Shown in pieces: positions 45,201 to 58,000 of a stretch of DNA of 64,000 nucleotides. This DNA comes from Eledone cirrhosa (Eukaryota). The stretch is taken from positions 407,402,001-407,466,000 of the forward strand of contig OZ024741.1 in the NCBI GenBank assembly GCA_964016885.1. Direction: 5' to 3'. The position numbers and the translations under genes were made by a program. Positions within the stretch are counted from its first letter, which is position 1. Each line of letters opens with the position of its first letter. A model generated the notes under the pieces. That model was given only the letters and a program-made list of their open reading frames with translations, did not search any database and was not told where the DNA came from.

Positions 45201-46240
45201 AAAGAAAGAAAGAAAGAAATGTGAAAAAGAAAGAAATTAACCCCCAAATGCCTCTCTATGAGCCTCTCCAGTGTAAGTTAATCTGGTGTTCCCCCATCTC
45301 TCTGTAATCTAATTTAATCGAACTGTGTTAGTAGGGATATAAAATATGTTCACCGAGACAATAAGACCCGTATATGTCTTGTACAGAAATATAAGTTTTC
45401 TAAACTTAATTCTTCTCTATATCTTCTTCAATATTACTCTCACATCATTTCAATCTCTAGTCATCTTCAGTTAATAGGATATTCTCATTGAGCTTTTAAA
45501 TAATGTTTTCCTCCTTCCTTATTGTATATGTTTGTTTGTTATGCCATCGCCTCTAGTTTCATGATTTCATGCAGCCATGAACATTAAGATGCTTACAGAC
45601 GTGCATAATATGTGCATACATCCATATACGCACATAAATTGATGCACACACGTACATATGCACACGTGTTTGCATACTGATACATACGAAGCATATATTT
45701 TGACATGTTCGGAAATTATCGTGTAAGGAAAATACAGTGTTCATCTTATTGAAGAAGTCCTGGGAGACCATTTCCAAGAGAATTGATCCTTGAGAGGATT
45801 CCAGTCAGGCTTCAGGACACACAATGTTTGGCAGCTATGACGACATCTTCCACAAGACATCACTGAAGCTGCAGTTATTAATTCGAACCTATCGATTCGG
45901 TTGGTTAAATTAACACGATGGGTGATTGAAAGTATGAGTTTAGGGAGGAACGATTTAGAGGTGATGTAATGTAGTGTGGTTTCAAATTGTCCATAACCTC
46001 AGTAAAGTCAGGCGAGAGGAAGAGAGATAGTTGTTCGCAGCAAATATTTAGTTGTTGGAATTGACTAAGTCTATAAAGCTGAATTAATTCATGTATGCAT
46101 GCAGGCATACATGTAAACGGATAAGAATATATAGAAATGGATGTATGTGCACATGCATACATACATAGAGGCTTCGAAAAAATATACGTACATACATATT
46201 CAAACATACATACAGAAATGTATGAGCACATACATTCATA

Positions 46241-46248
46241 CACACACA

Positions 46249-46294
<46 letters not shown>

Positions 46295-46363
46295 CATATC
46301 TATATGCACACACACACACAAATACACACATACGCACACATACACACACACGCACACACAGAG

Positions 46364-46401
<38 letters not shown>
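46241..46401. repeat. compound (CA)n/(TA)n microsatellite
   Basis: Read directly. Confidence 0.95.
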
Positions 46402-46402
<1 letters not shown>

Positions 46403-46789
46403 GTAATAATAATAAATTTGAAGACTAAAATCCAAAGAGGGCTCGATAAAGATAAATATATATCAAATATATAAGAACCGTAGAGCAAATATATTTATAT
46501 AAATGAAAAAGAGAATTGGCTAGATGAGGTATGCTTAAAAATAAGAATAAGGAGAAAGCAAGAACAAGAGGGGAAGTTTTCCTCATCAGTTGTCTGCTGG
46601 GGGTCTTGGATATTTCTAGGCATTAAAGACAAGATATCTACTCCCACTGCGTTCAATAACAAGGTGATTCAGGTACGTTATTGGGATAACGAAGGAGGGA
46701 GGGAAAGAAAATATAGGAGAACAGAAGGGAAAATGGAAGAAAAGAGAAAAGAGACAAACAGCGAAAAAAATGGGAAACAACCAACCGAA

Positions 46790-47567
<778 letters not shown>

Positions 47568-47755
47568 ACAGAGATAACTAATATATACACACAAGTGCAT
47601 GAGCATGAATACATCTATCCATATATAGATACAGGCAATCATACACATATTTAAACATACATAAATACCGTACATAATTATATATATATACAATCATACA
47701 TCCATGCACATACAAATCCATACACTCATACATACATACATACATACATACATAC

Positions 47756-48323
47756 ATGGTGGCTGCCAATTCGTTTTCGAGTACGGCCACTACTTTATAT
47801 CCATGAAGGGGAACCCCTACAGATGCGCTGAACGAGTGTGACTTTTTAGTCCAGCCAGCGACTTGAAAACTTTGGTACAAACACTACACTTGTGACAATT
47901 ATTGACACATAGTGTTGGGGCCATGGTACCATGTGACGACAAGTGCAGAGAGATCTCCAGATATAAAGCAATGCCTGTGCCGTGAAGCTTTTATAGTGAG
48001 CAAAGGCACTGCACAAAGCCAGTCCCACTCTCTTAACCAAGATGATATTTACCAAAAAGAAGAACAAGTCAACATCATTGGATACCATCAGGGTTGCAGG
48101 TTTTCGAGTACGGCCACTACTTTATATACATGTAGGAGAACCCCTACCGATGCGCTGAACGAGTGTGACTTTTTAGTCCAGCCAGCGAGTTGAAAACTCT
48201 GGTACAAACACTACACTTGGTATCCAATGATGTTGACTTGTTCTTCTTTTTGGTAAATATCATCTTGGTTAAGAGAATGGGACTGGCTTTGTGCAGTGCC
48301 TTTGCTCACTATAAAAGCTTCAC
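47756..48323 (-). mobile_element. rearranged copy of the non-autonomous RTE-derived element (3' part, tandem fragment, inverted fragment)
   Basis: 47756-48100 matches 48412-48756; 48100-48219 repeats the 3' segment; 48218-48323 is an inverted copy of ~47983-48087; flanked by (CATA)n. Confidence 0.85.
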
Positions 48324-48411
48324 ATATATACATACATTCATACATACATACATACATACATACATACATACATACATACATACATACATACATACATACA
48401 TACATACATAC

Positions 48412-49020
48412 ATGGTGGCTGCCAACTCGTTTTCGAGTACGGCCACTACTTTATATCCATGTAGGAGAACCCCTACCAATGCGCTGAACGAGTGTGACTT
48501 TTTAGTCCAGCCAGCGACTTGAAAACTGTGGTACAAACACTACACTTGTGACAATTATTGACACATAGTGCTGGGCCCATGGTACCATGTGACGACAAGT
48601 GCAGAGAGATCTCCAGATATAAAGCAATGCCTGTGCTGTGAAGCTTTTATAGTGAGCAAAGGCACTGCACAAAGCCAGTCCCACTCTCTTAACCAAGATG
48701 ATATTTACCAACAAGAAGAACAATTCAACATCATTGGATACCATCAGGGTTGCAGGTGTTATATCAGAGTTTTCCTTCTCCTAGAATTCTGCCTTGACAA
48801 AGGCTAAGGGGTCATCTCTCCCGGTGATTTGGGATGGCTATTGACTCTTAAGAGCCCCTTTGCCTTTTGACAGGTTTTGTTTTTAGTCCTGCAGGATGTC
48901 CAAAGCCACCCTCCTCACCAAGAAACCTTGGTGGGGTTGCCAGTTTAGTCGCCAACGACCCGACCATGAGACAGGTTGTACTGGGATACATGTTACCAGT
49001 AGCACCAACTGGTGACCTGA
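48412..49020 (-). mobile_element. ~610-bp non-autonomous RTE-type LINE derivative (5' UTR joined to 3' end), apparently full length
   Basis: Minus strand carries the RTE 5'-UTR-like motif GGAGAAGGAAAACTCTGAT, a terminal C2H2-like remnant (C-S-V-C-x-x-x-F-K-S-L-A-G-L-K-S-H-T-R-S-A), a 3' hairpin CTCG-AAAA-CGAG and a (TATG)n tail; (CATA)n on both sides; multiple copies in the window. Confidence 0.75.
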
Positions 49021-49095
49021 CATACATACATACATACATACATACATACATACATACATACATACATACATACATACATACATACATACATACAT

Positions 49096-49418
49096 GTTTG
49101 GGACCACACATTGAAAACGTGTTCTGTTGTGGAGATCAGCTGCCCACTTGTGTAAACGTTGTCAGAAAAATACAGGAGAAGGAGGACATCTACGGACCAT
49201 TGATGAGGAGATTACAAATCGAGTATCCAAGATACACCTTTAGCTTCATACCCATCATTATTGGAGCTACGGGTTATATACCAACCCGCTTGGACCAAAG
49301 TATGACTGAACTTGAATTTGCGGACAAAGAGCGCAGCTCCCTAATTCATAGTCTACAAATGGCTGCGAAAGCTGGCACCTTCAACATTTGCAAAACATTC
49401 TTGCGATTCAAGGGATGA
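49096..49418 (+). pseudogene. C-terminal restriction-like endonuclease fragment of an R4/Dong-type non-LTR retrotransposon
   Basis: WDHTLKTCSVVEISCPL, then a frameshift near 49150, then VNVVRKIQEKEDIYGPL...FIPIIIGATGYIP...LQMAAKAGTFNICKTFL; matches the E-x-S-C-P...EK..Y..L...PIIIGA.G...Q....GT..I pattern of RLE C-termini. Confidence 0.8.
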
Positions 49419-49869
49419 CAATTTCTTTTCTTTTACAACCTTGCCACCAGGAAGGTAGCCGGTCAAAAAAATATACTCGAAATTAAGAGAAAGAGATAAC
49501 ATACCTAAATGCATGCAGACATAGATGGAAACCTACACACATGCATAAATATAAATATGCTGACTGGCAGACATATATGCAGTTAATGAGACAGACATGG
49601 AAACAGCCAGACTATCTGATAGGCTTACAGACTGACAGACTGACGGGCTTAGAGACTGACAGACAGACTAACTCAATTTGTTGCAGTTATATAAGTAATT
49701 ATATGCATCTATAGCGATTTTTAAAAGCGTATAAACGTAAATCGGAATATCGATTTGAACACAAATACAGTACTATAACACTTATAGAATGATAAACATT
49801 TATTTACATACAGGATGGAAAGTAAAGAGAGAAGGTGGAGAAGAGGTTGACTGGAGTCAGTATATGGAA

Positions 49870-50170
49870 ATATGTAGAGACATATGTAGAGACATATATA
49901 TGTTGAGATATATGTGGAGACATATATATATGTAGAGACATATATATATATGTAGATATATATATATATATATGTAGACATATATGTGGAGACATATATA
50001 TATGTAGATATATATATATATATATGTAGAGACATATGTAGAGATATATATATATATGTAGAGACATATGTAGAGACATATATATGTAGAGACATATATA
50101 TATGTAGAGACATATACATATGTAGAGACATATGTAGAGACATATATATATATATGTAGAGACATATACA
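49870..50170. repeat. variable minisatellite ATGTAGAGACAT(AT)n
   Basis: Repeated TGTAGAGACA cores separated by variable (TA)n. Confidence 0.9.
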
Positions 50171-50528
50171 TGCCTATATCCATTTACTCATATACATACT
50201 CACACACATGCACACACATATATACATATATTGTTAATTTATGTTCATACACGGAACATACATACGCGCACATATATATATATATATATATATTCATGTA
50301 AAATATATATATACACACACACATATATATATAAACATACATATGTATATACACATATATATATATATGTATATATATATGTATATACAGTATATATGTA
50401 TATGTATGTATATACATATTTAGGTATACATATATACACACACATAAATATATATATACACATAATTTTAAATGTGTGTGACTGTATTTGTGTGTGTATA
50501 TTATATATATATATATATATGTATATAT

Positions 50529-50738
50529 AGAAGAGAGTATGACCCCGACGGCAGAGCTCAAGCCGTTTCGACGGCTATTTCTGGACTAACTCTTACAGTA
50601 GTCCAGAAATAGCCGTCGAAACAGCTTGATCTCTGCCGTCAGGGTCATACTTTCTCCTTTTACCCACTCTACTACCCTAAGTATTGAGTACTCTGGTGCG
50701 TTATGGTCCACCTGGTTCCTTACCACACCTCCTTCGTT
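50529..50738 (+). mobile_element. short fold-back element, family F copy 1
   Basis: ~60-bp inverted arms (50529-50588 / 50599-50658) plus an ~80-bp unique tail; flanked by (TA)n; homologous to 54440-54631 and 55465-55645. Confidence 0.85.
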
Positions 50739-50755
50739 ATATATATATATCTATA

Positions 50756-50951
50756 TGTATGTGTGTGTGTATGTGTGTGTTTCTGTGTATGTGTGCATGT
50801 GGGTGTGTGGGTGTATGTGGGTGTGGTTGTGTGTAGTGTGTGTGTGTATGCGTGTATGTGTGTGTGTATGTGTGTGTGTGTATGTGTGTGTGTGTATGTG
50901 TGTGTGTGTATGTGTGTGTGTATGTGTGTGTGCGTGCGTGTGTGTGTGTGT
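50756..50951. repeat. degenerate (TG)n microsatellite
   Basis: Read directly. Confidence 0.93.
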
Positions 50952-51115
50952 AACTGATATGCACCACGATGCGTTACGACATGCAACTATCCAACAACTC
51001 TGATTCTCAGTAAAGATTTATATATCTTTTCAATTACTCTCAATAACCGTTTCATCAACGGCTCATATATATGTATATATATACTTACATTATATATATA
51101 TATGTATGTATATAC

Positions 51116-51166
<51 letters not shown>

Positions 51167-51265
51167 CTAGCTTTGACAATTATACGCACGTACACATGTT
51201 TATATATATATATATATATATAAATAATGTGTGTGTGTGTATGTATGTATGTATGTATGTATATA

Positions 51266-51722
51266 TCAAAGGGCAAAGGAGCTCTTAAGAGTCAATGGCC
51301 ATCTAAAATCACTGGGAGAGATGACCCCTTAGCCTTTGTCAAGGCAGAATTCTAGGAGAAGGAAAACTCTGATATAACACCTGCAACCCTGATGGTATCC
51401 AATGATGTTGACTTGTTCTTCTTTTTGGTAAATATCATCTTGGTTAAGAGAGTGGGACTGGCTTTGTGCAGTGCCTTTGCTCACTATAAAAGCTTCACGG
51501 CACAGGCATTGCTTTGTATCTGGAGATCTCTCTGCACTTGTCGTCACATGGTACCAAAGGCAAAGCACTATGTGTCAATAATTGTCACAAGTGTAGTGTT
51601 TGTACCAGAGTTTTCAAGTCGCTGGCTGGACTAAAAAGTCACTCGTTCAGCGCATCGGTAGGGGTTCTCCTACATGGATATAAAGTAGTGGCCGTACTCG
51701 AAAACGAGTTGGCAGCCACCAT
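51266..51722 (+). mobile_element. 5'-truncated copy of the non-autonomous RTE-derived element
   Basis: Reverse complement of ~48412-48870; ends GTACTCGAAAACGAGTTGGCAGCCACCAT followed by a TATG-rich tail. Confidence 0.85.
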
Positions 51723-51763
51723 ATATCTATGTATGTATGTATGTATATATCTGTATCTATATA

Positions 51764-51837
<74 letters not shown>

Positions 51838-51842
<5 letters not shown>

Positions 51843-52685
51843 TATTAAAAAAATAATGAATAAACAAAGAAACAATTCCTTATATTAAAAAAATTCATCA
51901 TTTTACGATCGTTTCTAGGATATATATGTGTTAGAGTTGGTATGCATATTCTATAGATCTATGTACAATATTTATACAAACTATCAGAGGGAATATATAT
52001 ACCTACACATATATATGCTGTCTTCAGAAATAATGATATTTGTTTATTGATAAGAACAAAGATTCAATACAATAGGTCTGTTTGGGAACAGGTTTTGAAT
52101 TGACCAATAGAGAGATAGTGAGGGTCAAGATAGTATTATAGTAGTAAGAGAACCTTAAATTATGGGTAGAGGAAGGTAGATTTCAGTTTTGGATGGAAAA
52201 GAGTATTATGAATGAAGGATTATTTTAGGGAAGAAATAGGTCATATGCTGACCTCAGAAATAATTTTATTTGTTCATTGAATAAAACCAACAAAGATCTA
52301 ATATATTCTGTCTGTTTGGTAAGAGGTTTAGAATTAACCAATAGAAAGTTAATAATTGGCCAAATGGTAAAATAGTAGTAATTGAAGCTTATTTTAGGGG
52401 TGAAACTAGGTCAGGTGGTCAGTAAAAGGTATACAAGCAGTTGCTGTTATAAAATAGTAATGCCAATACAAATATCTAAGGTGACCAAAGTTTTAAGATA
52501 AGAATGTTAGTGAAAAAATACATCTATGAAAAGAATATAAAATTAATTTAATTGATGGGTATATTTATATTGATAAAATTATACTAATACATATAGATAT
52601 GATAAATAAGAGTTAGATGCAGTTGAAAAGTGCTGTTAAAATGAGGGGGGATTAAAAGAATATAAAAATAATATAAAAATATAAA

Positions 52686-52745
<60 letters not shown>

Positions 52746-52938
52746 ATGAATTTTTTTAATATAAGGAATTGTTTCTTTGTTTATTCATTATTTTTTTAAT
52801 AATTTATCTTGACTCTGTTTTCCGTTTATTTTTCACCGAAAGTAGTTTTTGAATGCATCTTCTCTTTTCATGATATCCGGATTACATTGAGTTCTTCATA
52901 CGGATTGGACACTACCGTAAACTTTTGGTAGATTTATC

Positions 52939-52941
<3 letters not shown>
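51838..52941 (-). mobile_element. hammerhead-bearing non-coding element (51838-~52690) plus an inverted partial copy (52741-52941)
   Basis: 51838-51903 is the reverse complement of 52741-52806; hammerhead at 51895-52036; diverged internal ~230-bp duplication (52021 vs 52251); (TA)n at all borders. Confidence 0.75.
51895..52036 (-). ncRNA. type I hammerhead ribozyme with long stem II
   Basis: Minus strand: TCATTATTT CTGAAGA [cagcATATATATGTGT...ACACATATATATccta] GAAA CGATCG TA^AAATGATGA; 9-bp stem I with one G-U pair, palindromic stem III; base of stem II partly decayed. Confidence 0.75.
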
Positions 52942-52993
<52 letters not shown>

Positions 52994-52994
<1 letters not shown>

Positions 52995-53735
52995 CAATAC
53001 CTAAACAGAGAAAGCCTTAAACGATACTCCAACCAACTCCATCTCACTCAACAAACATTAGGATATACCTAAGTATTATCCCAATTTAGTGTTTGGAGTG
53101 CTAACTAATCAGTATTTCGTGGATAACTGGTTGTATTATTTTATATGAGACATTATTAAATAAATATTTCTTTCCTTCCAGACGGCCGTTTCGTTATAAG
53201 ATTTCTACAATTTGGGATAAATAATTTCCAGGTTATGTAGAAATTTGTATATAATCCATAGTTTTATACACAAGCAGGCACTTATAAACTCATCAGTGGA
53301 TGCCCAAATAATATCGATATAAGAATTATATCAACATTAATAGAATGGTGATGGTCTCCCTCAGCACTAAGAAGAGACTGGTAGATTAGAACCCAGCAGT
53401 CCTCCCAAATATAAAATACACGCCGCCCCTAAGAGGGTAAGGGGAGGTAATCTTAAAATAAAACAATATACACGCTGGTCATTTAAACCTGTCAGGTATT
53501 AACCACGTGTATAAGAACACAATTGGATATTGAAAGAATAACCATATGTATACACAACCAATGCACACACAGAGATATTAAAACATAATAAATACATATA
53601 TGGATTACCCATATACACACATAGCCATTCTATAAGGCTAAATCAGACATGGGATACAAGGAAGATCAATCAGTATTTCATATAAAAAATAATAATAATA
53701 AAGAGAGTCATACCTTATATCTGGAAATCATATAG
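52994..53735 (-). mobile_element. (TA)n-flanked non-coding element with hammerhead
   Basis: Unique sequence between (TA)n tracts containing the canonical hammerhead at 53177-53300. Confidence 0.65.
53177..53300 (-). ncRNA. type I hammerhead ribozyme, canonical core, branched long stem II
   Basis: Minus strand: TCCA CTGATGA GTTTATAAG...CTTATAAC GAAA CGGCCG TC^TGGA; GUC cleavage triplet, palindromic stem III. Confidence 0.88.
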
Positions 53736-54000
53736 ATATATATATATATACATATACATATACATATACATATATATACATATTTAATTAGATAATTCTA
53801 TTGATTGATTAATTGTTTATGTTTGTTTGATAACGTCTGGTTGAGTGCTTAATTCGGTTTGTCTAAAGGAATTTCATTCCTTTGTCTCAAATTTCGAATT
53901 CACCGCCAAAACGGGGGTACCTCCCTTGGAGAAAACCACGTGTCTATAGCGAAATTTACTGCTAGAACATACCCACAGAGGCTAAATAACACAAGACTTG

Positions 54001-54097
54001 TTGAAGAAGTAAATCCTTTGTTCTGTCGTCAAAGACCATTAACTTGCAGACCCCTGCAAGCGGAATTTGTCGATCTTGGATTTGCAGAAACCTAGCG
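54001..54097 (+). ncRNA. degenerate hammerhead-like motif
   Basis: TTGAAGA a GTAAATCC...GGATTTGC a GAAA CCTAG cg; stem II is good, but the cleavage triplet and stem I are decayed. Confidence 0.35.
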
Positions 54098-54398
54098 CTG
54101 ATGTTGTGTGCTGTATGTGATGTATGTCGTATGCTATACGATATGCATTATATGTTGCATTCGATCTCAGCATTTTGTCCAGGTCACTCTAAAATCTTTT
54201 CCTGAGTCCAACCATTCTCGTTGGTGTGGTAATGCTGCTGGACTGCCGATCGCAATATTTGACTTGCTAAGCTGTCTAAACGTATTTTTATTACTCTGGG
54301 ATACTATTCCCATTCGAGTGCTAAAGCTACATACCGAATTTGCATTCGTTAGCTTGGCCGCAAACTAAGGCTTCGTTAATGCTGTACTAAAATGTGTA

Positions 54399-54439
<41 letters not shown>

Positions 54440-54441
<2 letters not shown>

Positions 54442-54628
54442 CGAAGGAAATGTGGTAAGGAACCAGGTGGACCATAACGCACCAAAGTACTCAATACTTG
54501 AAGTAGTAGAGTGGGTAATAGGAACCAGTAAGACCCCGACAGCTGAGCTCAAGCCGTTTCGACGGCTAATTCTGGACTGAATTAGCCGTCGAAACGGCTT
54601 GAGCTCAGCTGTCGGGGTCTTACTGGTT

Positions 54629-54631
<3 letters not shown>
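54440..54631 (-). mobile_element. short fold-back element, family F copy 2
   Basis: Reverse-orientation homolog of 50529-50738; perfect arms around CTGGACT (~54572-54578); (TA)n flanks. Confidence 0.85.
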
Positions 54632-54667
<36 letters not shown>

Positions 54668-54945
54668 GGAATAGAATGATACGAAATTTCATTTCTCACT
54701 CTTAGTACGACACTTACTTAAATGTAAGTATGTATGCATGTATACGTACATACATATATGTATACAGACGTACGGTAGTATGTATATATATACATACATG
54801 CACACATATATATATGCACGTATCGGTTTACTGAACATTTACTATAATGCTCGGTTTGTTTGTTTGTAAACAAACAAACGGCCCGAATTACGCCGTACAG
54901 TGTTTAGGCAACCACTTCACCTTTTTGTTCAACACTGACACAGGA

Positions 54946-54988
54946 ACGATGTACTAGTTTCAAGCTTATTAGCTATCGTCAGCATCGT
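54946..54988 (-). ncRNA. minimal type I hammerhead ribozyme (left arm)
   Basis: Exact reverse complement of 55147-55189. Confidence 0.88.
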
Positions 54989-55146
54989 ATACCTTCCTGC
55001 CAGATGGCTGAACGTCTGAAAGTATATCGTTTTCGGTGTTGCCGGCCGACTGAACTCACTCGATATGCAAATTAGGCTGCTCAGCCGTTAATATGCATAA
55101 GGAAAGTATATACTTTCAGACGTTCAACCATCTGGCAGGAAGGTGT

Positions 55147-55189
55147 ACGATGCTGACGATAGCTAATAAGCTTGAAACTAGTACATCGT
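55147..55189 (+). ncRNA. minimal type I hammerhead ribozyme (right arm)
   Basis: ACGATG CTGACGA t-AGCT-aata-AGCT-t GAAA CTAG TA^CATCGT; 6-bp stem I, palindromic stem III ACTAGT. Confidence 0.88.
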
Positions 55190-55408
55190 TCCTGTGTCAG
55201 TGTTGAACAAAAAGGTGACGTGGTTGCCTAAACACTGTACGGCGTAATTCGGGCTGTTTGTTTGTCTACAAACAAACAAACCGAGCATTATAATAAATGT
55301 TCGGTAAACTGATACGTGCATATATATATATATGTGTGCATGTATGTATATATATACATACTACTGTACGTCTGTATACATATATGTATGTACGTATACA
55401 TACATACT

Positions 55409-55464
<56 letters not shown>

Positions 55465-55466
<2 letters not shown>

Positions 55467-55640
55467 AAAAAGTATGACCTCGACGGCAGAGCACAAGCCG
55501 TTTCGACGGCTATTTCTGGAGTCCAGAAATAACCGTCGAAACGGCTTGAGCTCTGCCGTCGGGGTCATACTTTTTCCTATTTCCCACTCTACTCCCTAAG
55601 TATTGAGTACTCTGGTGCGTTATGGTCCATCTGGTTCCTT

Positions 55641-55645
<5 letters not shown>
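55465..55645 (+). mobile_element. short fold-back element, family F copy 3
   Basis: Arms meet at CTGGA|GTCCAG (55520/55521); same tail as copy 1; (TA)n flanks. Confidence 0.85.
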
Positions 55646-55680
<35 letters not shown>

Positions 55681-55809
55681 GTGCATATATCTATGACTGC
55701 TGCATCTGGACACATCTTCAGTGATGTGCCTGGTATCATCGGGTGTTTCGGGTATTTCAACATCATACATTATAGTAAATTGTCAGTGAGTTATGGTTAA
55801 CATGACACC

Positions 55810-56169
55810 GTATTTCCTCTTTGCGTATATTATATATCAAGTTGATCAGTCAAAACATTAAAACCACCTCACATAATTCTGGACAACAAAGTGAATATTC
55901 ATAGTCATAAGATGGTGTTTAGTCTGATGACTACGCTCGCCAATAAGATCTGACAACTCCGTGAATGCAACCGGCAGTTCACCTTGAAATGGGATAAACT
56001 ATCTAGCGCTAGTGCATATCGGAGTGGATTGAAGTACTGCAGATTATGCAACCTTGAACTCTTTTATATCTTAAAATCCAAAAACAAATTAGTAAATTAC
56101 AGAATCGATCGATCATTATACTGCAACCACAAACTGAAGGCTAAATTCTTTCACTATAAAATAACTTAA
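55810..56169 (+). pseudogene. decayed GIY-YIG endonuclease C-terminus of a Penelope-like element
   Basis: IIYQV near 55830, then HKMVF..TTLANKI*QLRE...LKWDKL..ASAY.SG.KYCRLCNLE..YIL....LVNYR......CNH, matching the W..l....Y.....C.LC..E...I.....lN.R......C.H tail of PLE endonucleases; contains stops and deletions. Confidence 0.75.
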
Positions 56170-56623
56170 CATTCGAACCCCAGACTACAACATCGCGTTC
56201 TCGCTAACAAATTACTACTTCCTAACTATATCCCCTACACTACAAGACAATACCCTGCTTATCATTATAAATGGATACTTGAGTGCAATTTGTAGACTAC
56301 AACTATGAACTTGAGATACCCCCATTTCGTAGCTTTCGTCTGCCTCCTCTCTATCCTCCTTTCTATTTCTCTCTCCCTTCCTCTCTATCTCTCTCTCTCT
56401 TTCTCACTCTCTCTCTCTCGCCGTCGGTCTACCTCCCTTCCTCTGCACATCTATGAACCTGCTCTCTGTGGCAATAAATAATTCCAAACTTGACTATATC
56501 AGCACAAAGCCTAGGGTTGTCACTTTGAGAATAAAGAATATAATAAAACCCCTACCACAACATTTTGATTAAGCTATCTGTATTCTTCAAACAAACCACT
56601 CTCTCCCATTTCTCCAACCCCTA

Positions 56624-56668
<45 letters not shown>

Positions 56669-56775
56669 TTCTCTCCCTCTCTCTCCCCTCCCCTTATTTC
56701 TCTCTTCCTTTTCTACTCTATCTTACCCAATGACTTCCTTTAAGAAATACAAGGGTATTTACAATTTAACCATTC

Positions 56776-56900
56776 TGCTCTGAGGAAACGGTAGAAGCAG
56801 CATATGAAAATTGAGTTTCTGCAAATAATTACAAATAATTTTACCAATTTGCACATATCATGATTAGGCTGTATAACTACTGTTGAAACATTTGTATGCA
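56776..56900 (+). ncRNA. type I hammerhead with long stem II in the 3' region of the PLE remnant
   Basis: TGCT CTGAGGA AACGGTAG...CTACTGTT GAAA CATTTG TA^TGCA; 8-bp stem II base; one mismatch at the first stem I pair. Confidence 0.7.
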
Positions 56901-56948
56901 CTCGGAATAAATTACCTTTTTTATGATGTCTACCTGTTATTATTCATT

Positions 56949-57746
<798 letters not shown>

Positions 57747-58000
57747 CCAAATTGAAGGATGAGTATTTAGACTTTATTTTATTCAGAGTTAAGGCTCTAT
57801 TGATTTTTCCCTGGATTTCACAAAATTCTATGGATAAATCTATGTCTTGATTTTTTTTTTATTGAGTTTGAATTATTTTTCCACATCTTACGTTAATTAT
57901 TTTCCATTTTGACGTTATAGTCACTTATATATATTATGAAATACTGTTGGCTTCACGCTCACAATAATTTCTATACTTTCATTTATATATATATATATAT

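Larger units (their letters stand above)
54727..55408. mobile_element. large palindromic element: ~300-bp inverted arms, 80-bp spacer, one hammerhead per arm
   Basis: 54727-55027 is the reverse complement of 55108-55408 with few mismatches. Confidence 0.9.

Noticed and set aside
45441-45474. Minus-strand CTGAAGA...GAAA motif
   Set aside because: Stems I, II and III do not pair and there is no valid cleavage triplet.
46560-46595. Minus-strand CTGATGAGGAAA hammerhead-like core
   Set aside because: No stem II and no stem III pairing; at best a deleted relic.
48867-49418. 183-aa ORF as a real gene
   Set aside because: It is a chance fusion of antisense RTE 5' UTR, (CATA)n and the RLE remnant.
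50529-50738. Family F palindromes as MITEs
   Set aside because: The inverted repeats are not terminal on both sides, junctions differ between copies, and a unique tail extends from one arm only.
55685-55725. Minus-strand CTGAAGA followed by a weak hairpin
   Set aside because: No GAAA at the expected position.
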